Shown here piece by piece: positions 37,511 through 47,127 of a stretch of 64,000 bases of DNA (positions within the stretch are counted from its first letter, which is position 1; each line of letters opens with the position of its first letter). The stretch is from Bacteroidales bacterium (lineage in GTDB: Bacteria > Bacteroidota > Bacteroidia > Bacteroidales > UBA7960). Location of the stretch: positions 1,578-65,577 of the forward strand of contig PXAA01000067.1 in the NCBI GenBank assembly GCA_003567205.1. Reading direction: 5' to 3'. The notes under the pieces are model-generated. The model was not told the DNA's origin and did no database searches. It worked only from the letters and a program-made list of their open reading frames with translations. Position numbers and translations under genes: made by a program.

Positions 37511-38308
37511 ATGAATTGGTTAGAAGCTTTGATCCTTGGCCTCTTGCAAGGACTTACCGAATTTTTGCCTGTAAGCAGCAGCGGACATCTTGAACTGGGC
37601 GGGGCCCTGTTTGGCCTGGAAGACCCCCATGAGTACTTCACTTTTAATATCATCGTCCACGGGGCTACTTTTTTAAGCGTGGTGGTGGTTTTCTGGCGCG
37701 ATATCGTTTCGCTGATTCTGAACTTTTTCCGTTTCCGGTGGAATGCAGAAATGCGTTTTGTGCTATTGCTGCTGGCTTCGGTTGTACCCACAGCCATCGT
37801 GGGGCTGTTGTTCGAAGAGCAGATCGAAAGCATTTTTGAAGGGCGGATTGTTTTTGTCGGGTCCATGCTGCTTGTCACGGCCATCCTTTTGTTTCTCACC
37901 CGCTTTGTACCAAAGAACAACAAAGAGGTTGATCTGAAAAGTGCACTTGTTATCGGGCTGGCGCAAACTTTGGCCATCCTTCCGGGGATCAGCCGCAGCG
38001 GAGCCACCATCAGCACCGCTCTGTTCTTTGGCATTGAGCGTGGCCAGGCCATACGGTTCTCTTTTCTGATGGTGCTGATCCCCATCTTCGGGGCCAATTT
38101 TCTAAAACTAATCAGCATGTCGGAGCAGGCGGGCACTGGTACAATGGATGCTACCCCCATGATCATCGGCGCCCTGGCTGCCTTCATTGCCGGGGTAATT
38201 GCATGCCGCTGGATGCTGAACATTGTAAGGCGGGGAAAGATAGAATACTTCTCCATCTATTGTTTGCTGGTGGGCATCGCGGCCATCATAGCAGGCAGTA
38301 TCTTTTAG
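37511..38308 (+). CDS. uppP: Undecaprenyl-diphosphate phosphatase
   Basis: QGLTEFLPVSSSGH, PGISRSGATI. Confidence 0.96.
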   Translation: MNWLEALILGLLQGLTEFLPVSSSGHLELGGALFGLEDPHEYFTFNIIVHGATFLSVVVVFWRDIVSLILNFFRFRWNAEMRFVLLLLASVVPTAIVGLLFEEQIESIFEGRIVFVGSMLLVTAILLFLTRFVPKNNKEVDLKSALVIGLAQTLAILPGISRSGATISTALFFGIERGQAIRFSFLMVLIPIFGANFLKLISMSEQAGTGTMDATPMIIGALAAFIAGVIACRWMLNIVRRGKIEYFSIYCLLVGIAAIIAGSIF

Positions 38309-38311
38309 TAT

Positions 38312-39028
38312 ATGGACCCTAATAAAGACTTGCAGGAATCATTTTTAACCGGGCGTGTTTTGCTGGTGGATAAACCATATCAATGGACCTCCTTTGATGC
38401 GGTCAACAAGATCAAGTCAATTTTACGTTACCGGTTTGGAATTAAAAAGATAAGAATCGGCCATGCCGGCACACTCGACCCGCTGGCAACCGGCCTGCTG
38501 ATCATCTGCACCGGCAAAGCCACCAAACAAATAGATCAGTACCAGGGCCTGGACAAAACATACACGGGCAGTTTTTACCTGGGACAGACCACACCCTCTT
38601 ATGACATGGAGACCAAGCCGGAAAACCAGCAATCCACCGGGCACATTACCAGCGACGCCCTGCACCGGGCAGCTGCCGGATTCGTCGGCCCGCAAAACCA
38701 GGTCCCGCCCTTGTTTTCTGCCAAGAAGATCGGGGGTGAACGTGCTTACACACATGCCCGCCAGGGCATCCAAACCAAAATGAATCCGATACCCATAATA
38801 ATAAAATCCTTTGAAATTACCCGTATTCATCTACCGGAAGTGGGTTTCAGGGTTGTTTGCAGCAAAGGGACCTATATCCGGGCGCTGGCAAGGGATTTTG
38901 GGGAAAAACTTGGCTCCGGGGCCTACCTCGGCGCCTTGAGAAGAACCCATATCGGGTACTTTTCCGTATCAGATGCCTGGAAAACAGACCAATTGGAAGA
39001 GAAGTTAAGCAATACCCGGTTTAAATAA
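38312..39028 (+). CDS. truB: tRNA pseudouridine(55) synthase
   Basis: GHAGTLDPLATG, PPLFSAKK, CSKGTYIRALA. Confidence 0.96.
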   Translation: MDPNKDLQESFLTGRVLLVDKPYQWTSFDAVNKIKSILRYRFGIKKIRIGHAGTLDPLATGLLIICTGKATKQIDQYQGLDKTYTGSFYLGQTTPSYDMETKPENQQSTGHITSDALHRAAAGFVGPQNQVPPLFSAKKIGGERAYTHARQGIQTKMNPIPIIIKSFEITRIHLPEVGFRVVCSKGTYIRALARDFGEKLGSGAYLGALRRTHIGYFSVSDAWKTDQLEEKLSNTRFK

Positions 39029-39134
39029 TATTTCTAAAAACTATTGACAAGGCCCCCCTGATATATTATCTTTGCAAACCTTTCGGGGACAGAACAATAA
39101 ACTTCCCGGGCACTTTACTACAAATTCATTGTGC

Positions 39135-40187
39135 ATGAAGCTATCGCATTTTAAGTTCAATCTTCCTGTAGATTTAATTGCCGAAAGGCCACCTTTTAAC
39201 CGGGATGAATCCCGTTTGCTGGTGGTGCATAAAAAAACCGGCGACATCGAACACAGGATGTTCAAAGATATTCTGGGTTATTTTAATGACGGGGATATAA
39301 TGGTGGTCAACAATACCAAAGTATTCCCGGCCCGGCTTTACGGCACCAAAGAAAAAACCGGGGCCAGGATAGAAGTTTTTCTGTTGCGGGAACTCAACAG
39401 GGAAGCACGATTGTGGGATGTTCTGGTAGACCCCGCCCGCAAGATACGGATCGGGAACAAATTGTACTTTGGCGAAGATGATACCCTGGTGGCCGAGGTG
39501 ATCGACAATACCACTTCCAGGGGGCGTACCCTGCGCTTTTTGTTCGACGGCACCTACGACGAATTCAAAAAAACCATTGAATCACTGGGGGAGACCCCGT
39601 TGCCCAAACTCATCGGCAGGCCTGTAGACAAAGAGGATAAAGAACGCTATCAAACAGTTTTCGCCAAACGGGAAGGTGCCGTAGCGGCACCCACCGCCGG
39701 AATGCATTTCAGCCGTGAACTGGTCAAACGCCTGGAGCTCAAAGGGATTGAGTTTGCTGAAATCACCCTGCATGCCGGCCTGGGAAATTTCCGGAATGTA
39801 GATGTGGAAGATCTCAGCAAGCACAAAATGGACAGCGAGGAGTTTATGATCGAGGAAAAAACGGCACAGATCGTGAACAAGGCCAAAGCAAACAACAAAA
39901 GGGTTTGTGCCATCGGCACCACCACCATGCGTGCCATGGAATCGTCCGTATCCATTATCGGCCAGCTTAAACCTTACGAAGGCTGGACAAACAAATTCAT
40001 CTATCCGCCATACGATTTCAATGTAGCCACCAGCATGGTGTCTAATTTTCACCTGCCCCAGTCTACATTGATGATGATGGTTGCCGCATATACAGGATTT
40101 GATTTGCTCATGAAGGCCTATAAGGTTGCCATCAATGAGAAATACAAATTCTTCACTTATGGCGATGCCATGCTTATTTTGGATTAA
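39135..40187 (+). CDS. queA: S-adenosylmethionine:tRNA ribosyltransferase-isomerase
   Basis: [43 protein letters not shown]; TATCTTTG at 39067-39074. Confidence 0.97.
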   Translation: MKLSHFKFNLPVDLIAERPPFNRDESRLLVVHKKTGDIEHRMFKDILGYFNDGDIMVVNNTKVFPARLYGTKEKTGARIEVFLLRELNREARLWDVLVDPARKIRIGNKLYFGEDDTLVAEVIDNTTSRGRTLRFLFDGTYDEFKKTIESLGETPLPKLIGRPVDKEDKERYQTVFAKREGAVAAPTAGMHFSRELVKRLELKGIEFAEITLHAGLGNFRNVDVEDLSKHKMDSEEFMIEEKTAQIVNKAKANNKRVCAIGTTTMRAMESSVSIIGQLKPYEGWTNKFIYPPYDFNVATSMVSNFHLPQSTLMMMVAAYTGFDLLMKAYKVAINEKYKFFTYGDAMLILD

Positions 40188-40199
40188 AGCCATCCGACC

Positions 40200-40874
40200 A
40201 TGCAAAAGCATGTCCTGATTGCAGCCGGGGGGCTGGGGACGCGTACCGGATCTTCCCGGCCAAAACAATTCGCAGAGATTTGCAAACGTCCGGTATTATT
40301 GCATGTGCTGGATGCATTCCTGAAATATGCAGCCGACATACAGCTGGTGGTGGTATTGCCCGAAAAACTTCACCAGGAGTGGCAGGGCATATGCAAAAAA
40401 CACCGCTTTCATGCGCAACACCAATTGGCCATCAGCGGACCTACCCGTTTCCATTCCGTAAAAAATGGGCTGAAGTATATTCCTGACAATGCCCTGGTGG
40501 CCATACATGACGCCGCCAGGCCCCTGGTTTCACTGGATATTATTTCCCGCGTTTTCTATTTTGCCGGGAAGTTTGGCAATGCCATTCCGGTGGTTGAGAC
40601 CAATGAATCCTTACGGATCATTGATCATGCCATGAGTTCCCCTTTGCCCCGCGAACGCATCCGGATGGTCCAAACACCCCAGTGCTTCAAATCATCCCTG
40701 ATCAAAAATGCCTATAACAAAAACTACCAGGAATCGTTTACCGACGATGCCAGCGTGTTGGAAACCGAGGGAGAAAGACTGTTTCTGACCGAGGGCGAAA
40801 GGGAAAACATCAAGATTACCAATCCGGCAGACCTGCTTATTGCTGAAGCCCTTTTTGCCGCAAGGCGCCCTTAA
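40200..40874 (+). CDS. ispD: 2-C-methyl-D-erythritol 4-phosphate cytidylyltransferase
   Basis: AAGGLGTR, PKQF, IHDAARP, QTPQ, TDDA, NIKIT. Confidence 0.93.
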   Translation: MQKHVLIAAGGLGTRTGSSRPKQFAEICKRPVLLHVLDAFLKYAADIQLVVVLPEKLHQEWQGICKKHRFHAQHQLAISGPTRFHSVKNGLKYIPDNALVAIHDAARPLVSLDIISRVFYFAGKFGNAIPVVETNESLRIIDHAMSSPLPRERIRMVQTPQCFKSSLIKNAYNKNYQESFTDDASVLETEGERLFLTEGERENIKITNPADLLIAEALFAARRP

Positions 40875-42192
40875 GGGTGGCTGAACTGCAACCGGTAATT
40901 TCCACACCGGCATAATCGCCCGCCAAAATGCCGTTGCCGGGAAACACCACCACCTTGTTGTGGCTTGTCCGTCCCATCATATGGCTTTCCGAACGTTTTG
41001 AAGGCCCTTCGGCCAATACTTCCTGCAGGCTACCCACATCCTGCTGGTTGCTTTTCAGCGACAAAGCCTGTTGTTTGTGAATGATTTCCGTAAGACGGCG
41101 CGTCTTTACCTGATCGGGCACATCATCCGGGTACTTTTTTGCTGCCAGGGTATCCGGACGCTCGGAATATTTAAACATAAACGCAAAATCAAAGCCCACT
41201 TCCTCCATGATCGACAAGGTTTCCCGGTGCTCTGCTTCTGTTTCGCCGCAATAACCCGCAATCAGGTCAGTTGATATGGCGCATCCCGGCAAAATGTCCC
41301 TGATGGCCCGTATCCTGTCTAAATAATCCTGGCGGGAATATTTCCTGTTCATGCGTTGCAGTACCGAGCTGCTCCCCGACTGCAGGGGCAGGTGGATGGC
41401 TTTGCATATGTTTGGATACTTCGCCATTTGATAAAGCAGTTGATCCGACATGTCTTTGGGATGGGAAGTGGCAAAACGGACGCGCAGGCGGGGGTCAATG
41501 GCAGCCACCAGACCGATCAGATCACTGAAGGCAATATGCCGGCCGTTGCCGTTACCGGGCCACCGGTAGGAGTTGACATTCTGACCCAGAAGGGTGACTT
41601 CGCGGTATCCCCCTTCCACCAATTGCCGTGCCTCCAACAGAATGCTCTCCGGATCGCGGCTGCGCTCCTTTCCGCGGGTATATGGCACCACACAGTATGC
41701 ACAAAAGTTTTCACAGCCCCGCATAATGGAAATGAAGGCAGATACACCGCCGGCAGCATAACGCACCGGGCTGATGTCGGCGTAGGTTTCATCTGCCGAC
41801 AACAACACGTTGATGGCTTTTTGCCCGGTTTCGGCATCCATCAGCAGCTGCGGCAGCTGGCGGTATGCATCCGGTCCCACCACCATGTCGATCCGCATGC
41901 CCAGGTCTTTATCTTCCAGAAGGTCGGATTTTAAACGTTCGGCCATGCATCCCAATACCCCGATCAGCAGGCCGGATTTTTTCCTGCGCAGGTGTTGCAG
42001 TTCGCGCAAACGGTTTAGGATCCTTTGTTCGGCATGGTCACGAATGGAACAGGTGTTGAGAAAAATCACATCGGCATCACGAGGGTCGGTGGTTATGCCA
42101 AAATCATGTGAGGTCATCACCGAGGCCACGATCTCGCTGTCAGAGAAATTCATTTGACAACCGTATGTTTCTATATAGAGTTTTTTACGCAA
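40837..42192 (-). CDS. miaB: tRNA methylthiotransferase MiaB
   Basis: TYGCQMN, NTCSIR, GCMA, CENFCAYC radical-SAM motif, TRAM domain. Confidence 0.97.
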   Translation of the reverse strand: MRKKLYIETYGCQMNFSDSEIVASVMTSHDFGITTDPRDADVIFLNTCSIRDHAEQRILNRLRELQHLRRKKSGLLIGVLGCMAERLKSDLLEDKDLGMRIDMVVGPDAYRQLPQLLMDAETGQKAINVLLSADETYADISPVRYAAGGVSAFISIMRGCENFCAYCVVPYTRGKERSRDPESILLEARQLVEGGYREVTLLGQNVNSYRWPGNGNGRHIAFSDLIGLVAAIDPRLRVRFATSHPKDMSDQLLYQMAKYPNICKAIHLPLQSGSSSVLQRMNRKYSRQDYLDRIRAIRDILPGCAISTDLIAGYCGETEAEHRETLSIMEEVGFDFAFMFKYSERPDTLAAKKYPDDVPDQVKTRRLTEIIHKQQALSLKSNQQDVGSLQEVLAEGPSKRSESHMMGRTSHNKVVVFPGNGILAGDYAGVEITGCSSATLKGALRQKGLQQ

Positions 42193-42377
42193 AGGACACG
42201 TAGTTCAAGACAGGTGTAAAATTAGTTAAAAAATCCCGGGGTTCCTCCTGCTGATGTGTTCAAGTGGGTTTTCTGAACCGCTAAGGCCCGGGAATCGGCC
42301 GTTTGCTCAGGCAAAAACAATTCATGAAAACAAATTCATTTTTATTTTGTTACATTTGCCCTTCCAAAAAAATGATT

Positions 42378-44720
42378 ATGTCAAATAACCTGGTCATTGT
42401 TGAGTCACCTGCGAAAGCAAAAACCATAGAAGGTTTTTTAGGAAAAGAATTTGTGGTTAAGTCGAGTTTTGGCCATGTGCGGGATTTGCCTCCAAGTACG
42501 CTTGGGGTAAATATTGAAAAAGGCTTTCAACCCGAGTATGAGATTCCAAAAGACAAGAAAGCGGTTTTGAATGATCTGAAAAAGCTGGCAAAACAGGCGA
42601 AAACCGTGTGGCTGGCAACAGATGAAGACAGGGAGGGGGAAGCCATTTCATGGCACCTGGCAGAAAGCCTTTCCCTGAAAGAGGAAAATTACAAGCGCAT
42701 TGTCTTCCATGAGATTACAAAAAAAGCCATCACCGAAGCCATTGAAAAACCACGCAGTATAAATTACAACCTGGTTATGGCCCAACAGGCCAGGCGGGTT
42801 TTGGACAGGCTGGTGGGGTTTGAGCTTTCACCCCTTTTATGGAAAAAGGTCAAACCGGCGTTATCGGCCGGCCGGGTGCAATCTGTGGCAGTACGCCTGA
42901 TTGTTGAACGCGAAAAGGAGATCCAGTCGTTCAAAGTCAAAAGCAGCTACCGGGTAACCGCAGTTTTTGATGTCAGGCACAATGGCCAGACGATAAAAAT
43001 CAAGGCAGAGCTTCCGGTACGATTTAAAGAAAAGGGAGAAGCCGTTGCATTTTTGGAGCAATGTAAGAAAGCCGTGTTCACTGTCGGGAATGTGGAAACC
43101 AAGCCGGCAAAGAAAAGTCCGGCACCGCCATTTACCACTTCCACCCTGCAGCAGGAAGCCGCAAGAAAACTTGGTTTTTCTGTGTCGCGTATCATGGTCC
43201 TGGCTCAAAAACTCTATGAGGCAGGAAAGATCACCTATATGCGTACCGACTCTGTAAACCTTTCCGGGGCCGCCATGGCCATGGCAAAAGAAGAGATTGA
43301 AAGCAGTTTTGGACCAGATTATATAAAACTTCGCCGCTACACCACCAAAAGCAAAGGGGCGCAGGAAGCCCATGAAGCCATCCGGCCAACCTTCATGAAG
43401 GCGCAAAGGGTAAGTGGCAATGCTGCAGAACAAAAGCTTTACGAACTGATATGGAAACGGACACTGGCATCACAAATGAGCGATGCAGAACTGGAAAAAA
43501 CCACCATCACCATTAATATCTCCAGTGCCAACCAACATTTTATCGCCACCGGCGAAGTAATCAAGTTTGAAGGGTTTCTGAAGGTCTATCAGGAGTCAAG
43601 CGATGATGAAGAAGAGGAAGGAACTTCCGGAATACTTCCCCCGGTAAAAATCAATCAGGAACTTCCCCTGAATAAGATGCTTGCTACCGAACGCTTCAGC
43701 AAATACCCGCCAAGGTACACAGAGGCCAGTCTGGTTAAAAAGCTCGAAGAGCTTGGCATTGGCCGTCCCTCTACCTATGCCCCCACAATCAGCACCATAC
43801 AAAAACGAGGCTATGTGGTAAAGGAAAGCCGAAATGGCGAAAAGCGCACTTACAATGAGCTTGGTTTGCAAAACGGCACCATTTCGGATAAAAACCATAC
43901 GGAAATAGCCGGTGCCGAAAAGAACAAACTTTTCCCCACCGATATCGGCGGCGTGGTAAACAATTTTTTGATGCAATATTTTACAGACATCATGGATTAT
44001 CATTTCACCGCCCGTGTAGAGCGTGAGTTTGATGAAGTGGCAGAAGGAAAAAAAGAGTGGAATAAGGTCATACATGATTTCTATCAGCCCTTTCACCAAA
44101 AGGTGGAAAATACCCTGAAAACATCCGAAAAACAAAAAGGGCAGCGATTATTGGGAACGGATCCGAAAAGCGGGCGCAAAGTCTATGCAAGGATCGGTCG
44201 TTTTGGCTCCATGATACAGATAGGGGAAGCAGGCGAAGAGGACAAGCCGCATTTCGCCAGCCTGCGCAAAGACCAGAGCCTGGATAGCATTGGCCTGGAA
44301 GAAGCACTGGAATTATTCAAGTTGCCCCGAAAGCTTGGCGAATACGAAGGCAAGGAGATACTTGTGGCTACCGGGCGGTATGGCCCCTATGTAAGGCACA
44401 ACAACCGGTTTATTTCCATTCCCGCCTCCGAAGATCCGCTGGCCATTTCTGCCGAAAGAGCCATTGGGCTCATAGAAGAGAAAAGGGAGAGTATGCGCAA
44501 ACTTATCATCAAAGAATTTGAAGAGGCACCGGATTTGCTTATTATGCAAGGCCGCTACGGACCTTATGTAACCGATGGGAAAGACAATTACAAACTTCCA
44601 AAAACCAAGGCGCCCGAAGACTTCGACCTGGACGAAGTGAGAAAAATCATTGAAGGCGGAACCTCTGGCAAAAAAATCCGTAAAACAAGTAAAAAGACGT
44701 CCCCGAAAAAGGGGAAATAA
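42378..44720 (+). CDS. topA: DNA topoisomerase I
   Basis: IVESPAK, DEDREGE, GRVQS, ITYMRTDS, GRFG/GRYG C-terminal repeats; TACATTTG at 42351-42358. Confidence 0.98.
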   Translation: MSNNLVIVESPAKAKTIEGFLGKEFVVKSSFGHVRDLPPSTLGVNIEKGFQPEYEIPKDKKAVLNDLKKLAKQAKTVWLATDEDREGEAISWHLAESLSLKEENYKRIVFHEITKKAITEAIEKPRSINYNLVMAQQARRVLDRLVGFELSPLLWKKVKPALSAGRVQSVAVRLIVEREKEIQSFKVKSSYRVTAVFDVRHNGQTIKIKAELPVRFKEKGEAVAFLEQCKKAVFTVGNVETKPAKKSPAPPFTTSTLQQEAARKLGFSVSRIMVLAQKLYEAGKITYMRTDSVNLSGAAMAMAKEEIESSFGPDYIKLRRYTTKSKGAQEAHEAIRPTFMKAQRVSGNAAEQKLYELIWKRTLASQMSDAELEKTTITINISSANQHFIATGEVIKFEGFLKVYQESSDDEEEEGTSGILPPVKINQELPLNKMLATERFSKYPPRYTEASLVKKLEELGIGRPSTYAPTISTIQKRGYVVKESRNGEKRTYNELGLQNGTISDKNHTEIAGAEKNKLFPTDIGGVVNNFLMQYFTDIMDYHFTARVEREFDEVAEGKKEWNKVIHDFYQPFHQKVENTLKTSEKQKGQRLLGTDPKSGRKVYARIGRFGSMIQIGEAGEEDKPHFASLRKDQSLDSIGLEEALELFKLPRKLGEYEGKEILVATGRYGPYVRHNNRFISIPASEDPLAISAERAIGLIEEKRESMRKLIIKEFEEAPDLLIMQGRYGPYVTDGKDNYKLPKTKAPEDFDLDEVRKIIEGGTSGKKIRKTSKKTSPKKGK

Positions 44721-44738
44721 ACGTATTTTACTTGCCAA

Positions 44739-45926
44739 ATGAACATTGCTGATTTTTTTGAACCCATAGACAATAGTAAGGTACAACCTGATAAAAAATC
44801 CCATCCCCTGATCCTGGGAAAATTTATCAAAGCCCATACTACCCGGAATACATTCCCTGAACTCAAAGGCACCGACATAGCCATTATTGGTGTAAATGAA
44901 GACCGTCATTGCCCGGGAAATGAAGGCTGCTCATTGGCACCCGACTATGTCAGAAAGCACCTCTACCGTTTGTATCAGGGGCCATTTTCGGCACACATTG
45001 CTGACCTGGGAAACATTCGCGCCGGCGACAAGGTAAACGACACCTATTTTGCCGTTAAAACCGTAATGGCCGCCCTGCTCGAACAGAACATCACGCCCCT
45101 GATCATCGGGGGCGGACAAGACATCACCTATGCCAATTACCAGGCATACGAATCACTTGGCCAGATCATCAATATTGTATCTGTCGACTCCAGCTTTGAC
45201 ATCGGCCTGCAGAAAGACGAGTCGCTGGATCATAAAAACTACCTGAGCACCATCCTCACACACAAGCCAAATTACCTGTTCAACTTTGCAAACATTGGTT
45301 ATCAGAGTTATTTTGTAGACCAGGATCTCATTGAATTGATGGACAAGCTGTATTTTGATGTATATCGCCTGGGGGTTGTCCGGAAAAACATTGAAGAGGT
45401 GGAACCCATTGTAAGAAATGCTGACTTGCTGAGTTTCGACATATCCAGCATCCGCCAGTCAGATGCCCCGGCAAATGCAAACGCTTCACCCAACGGTTTG
45501 TGCGGTGAAGAGGCCTGTCAGATTGTACGCTACGCCGGGATGAGTGACAAGTTGAGTTCCATCGGATTTTACGAAATGAACCCTGCCTTCGACTCAGGTG
45601 AACAGACATCCCATCTGCTTGCGCAAATGATCTGGTATTTCATTGACGGCTTTTATCACCGGAAAAACGACTTCCCGGATAAACATATCAAAGAATCTGC
45701 AGATTTCATAAAATATGTGGTTTCCATCAGGGACTTCCAGAATAAAATCAATTTCTTTAAAAGCAAGAAAAGCAACCGATGGTGGATGGAAGTCCCATGC
45801 CCTCCGAATCTTCAGCAAAAGTATAACAGACAATTCCTTGTGGCCTGTTCATACAAAGATTACCAGGAAGCCTGTCAGAATGAAATTCCCGAAAAATGGT
45901 GGCAGGTTTATCAAAAGTTTGTTTAG
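44739..45926 (+). CDS. Arginase/formimidoylglutamase-family protein with degenerate metal ligands
   Basis: IADLGNI, GGGQDITY, SVDSSFD, SFDISSI, SPNG, YEMNP. Confidence 0.8.
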   Translation: MNIADFFEPIDNSKVQPDKKSHPLILGKFIKAHTTRNTFPELKGTDIAIIGVNEDRHCPGNEGCSLAPDYVRKHLYRLYQGPFSAHIADLGNIRAGDKVNDTYFAVKTVMAALLEQNITPLIIGGGQDITYANYQAYESLGQIINIVSVDSSFDIGLQKDESLDHKNYLSTILTHKPNYLFNFANIGYQSYFVDQDLIELMDKLYFDVYRLGVVRKNIEEVEPIVRNADLLSFDISSIRQSDAPANANASPNGLCGEEACQIVRYAGMSDKLSSIGFYEMNPAFDSGEQTSHLLAQMIWYFIDGFYHRKNDFPDKHIKESADFIKYVVSIRDFQNKINFFKSKKSNRWWMEVPCPPNLQQKYNRQFLVACSYKDYQEACQNEIPEKWWQVYQKFV

Positions 45927-46062
45927 GATAGCCCCAGGGGGTTTTCTGTCAAACGAGCCAGCCCTTACAATTTTATTATAATTTTGACCGTTTGTATCAA
46001 GATATAAATAATCTGTGGTTTTTTTCGTTTCCTGAATGAACGAATCCCGAAAAAATCCAATC

Positions 46063-47010
46063 ATGCAAATCAAGAGCATCCTTGCGGGCATTTTTTTTCT
46101 TGCATTCACCGGGATGGCTTATTCGCAGCAAGAGGCGCAGTTTAGCCACAACATGTTCAATAACATGGGGATAAATCCGGGCTATGCGGGTCTGCGCAAC
46201 GCCATTTGCGCAACAGGCCTTGCCCGGCAGCAATGGGTGGGGTTTAGGGACGAAGAAGGCAACCGCCTGAATCCGGAAACTTACAGTTTTATCGTAGATG
46301 CCCCCATACGGCTGATTCGCGGCGGCCTCGCCATTGGTTTTATGCAGGATCAACTGGGGCCCGAAACCAATGTGGGGGTCAAAATCGGCTATGCATACCA
46401 TTTGAACCTGTCGGCAGGCTTGCTCGGAATAGGTGCCCAGATAGGGTTTCTGGATAAACGCATAGATTTTGCTTCGCTCAATCCGCTGGATCCCGGAGAT
46501 CCTGTGCTGACAGGCGGTGAAGAAAGCATCATTTTTATGGACTTCGCCCTCGGTGGTTTTTTTATGCTGGATGATATTGCCTGGGCAGGACTCTCGGTAA
46601 CGCAACTCCGTGAGGCCAGCGGAGGACTGGGAGAGAGCGGGTTCGGCCTCAAAAGGCACATGTACGCCACTGCCGGATACAACTATATATTGTCCAATCC
46701 CAGCTACGTTTTAAGCCCCTCCTTATTGCTCAAAACCGACCTTTCTTCCATACAATTTGACCTGAACACAATGATTACATACAATAAGCGTTTTTGGGGC
46801 GGCGTTACTTATAGACCCCAGGACGCCGTGGCGGTAATGCTTGGGGTCAGACTGGACCAGATCCGCATCGGGTATTCCTATGACATCACCACATCACCGC
46901 TGGGATCCATGGGCAGGAGTTACGGAACACATGAAATTATGATACAATATTGTTTTGACCTGTCGTTAGACAGGATACAGGAAATTCAGAGAAACATCAG
47001 GTTTTTGTAA
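46063..47010 (+). CDS. porP: T9SS outer-membrane protein, PorP/SprF family
   Basis: Signal peptide; QFSHNMFN, INPGYAG, RQQWVG, GYSYD, GTHEIM. Confidence 0.9.
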   Translation: MQIKSILAGIFFLAFTGMAYSQQEAQFSHNMFNNMGINPGYAGLRNAICATGLARQQWVGFRDEEGNRLNPETYSFIVDAPIRLIRGGLAIGFMQDQLGPETNVGVKIGYAYHLNLSAGLLGIGAQIGFLDKRIDFASLNPLDPGDPVLTGGEESIIFMDFALGGFFMLDDIAWAGLSVTQLREASGGLGESGFGLKRHMYATAGYNYILSNPSYVLSPSLLLKTDLSSIQFDLNTMITYNKRFWGGVTYRPQDAVAVMLGVRLDQIRIGYSYDITTSPLGSMGRSYGTHEIMIQYCFDLSLDRIQEIQRNIRFL

Positions 47011-47015
47011 TTTTG
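47008..47015 (+). promoter_or_regulatory. Internal -7 element upstream of gldK
   Basis: TAATTTTG(CA), overlapping the porP stop codon. Confidence 0.5.
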
Positions 47016-47127
47016 CAACCAGAAATTAATATCATATGAAACAAGCCATGACCGTTCATCGGTCACACACGAGAATAATCATCGGTTGGCGAGTTCCATG
47101 TGGCCGAAATACCAAAAATAGTAACAC

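Noticed and set aside
40837-40874. 38-nt convergent overlap of ispD and miaB
   Set aside because: Short 3' overlaps and abutting stops are common in compact genomes (also 3551/3555 and 56400/56401)
42233-42294. TCCCGGG/CCCGGGA and GTTCA/TGAAC inverted repeats between miaB and topA
   Set aside because: Stems are short, partly self-palindromic and match no RNA family I recognise
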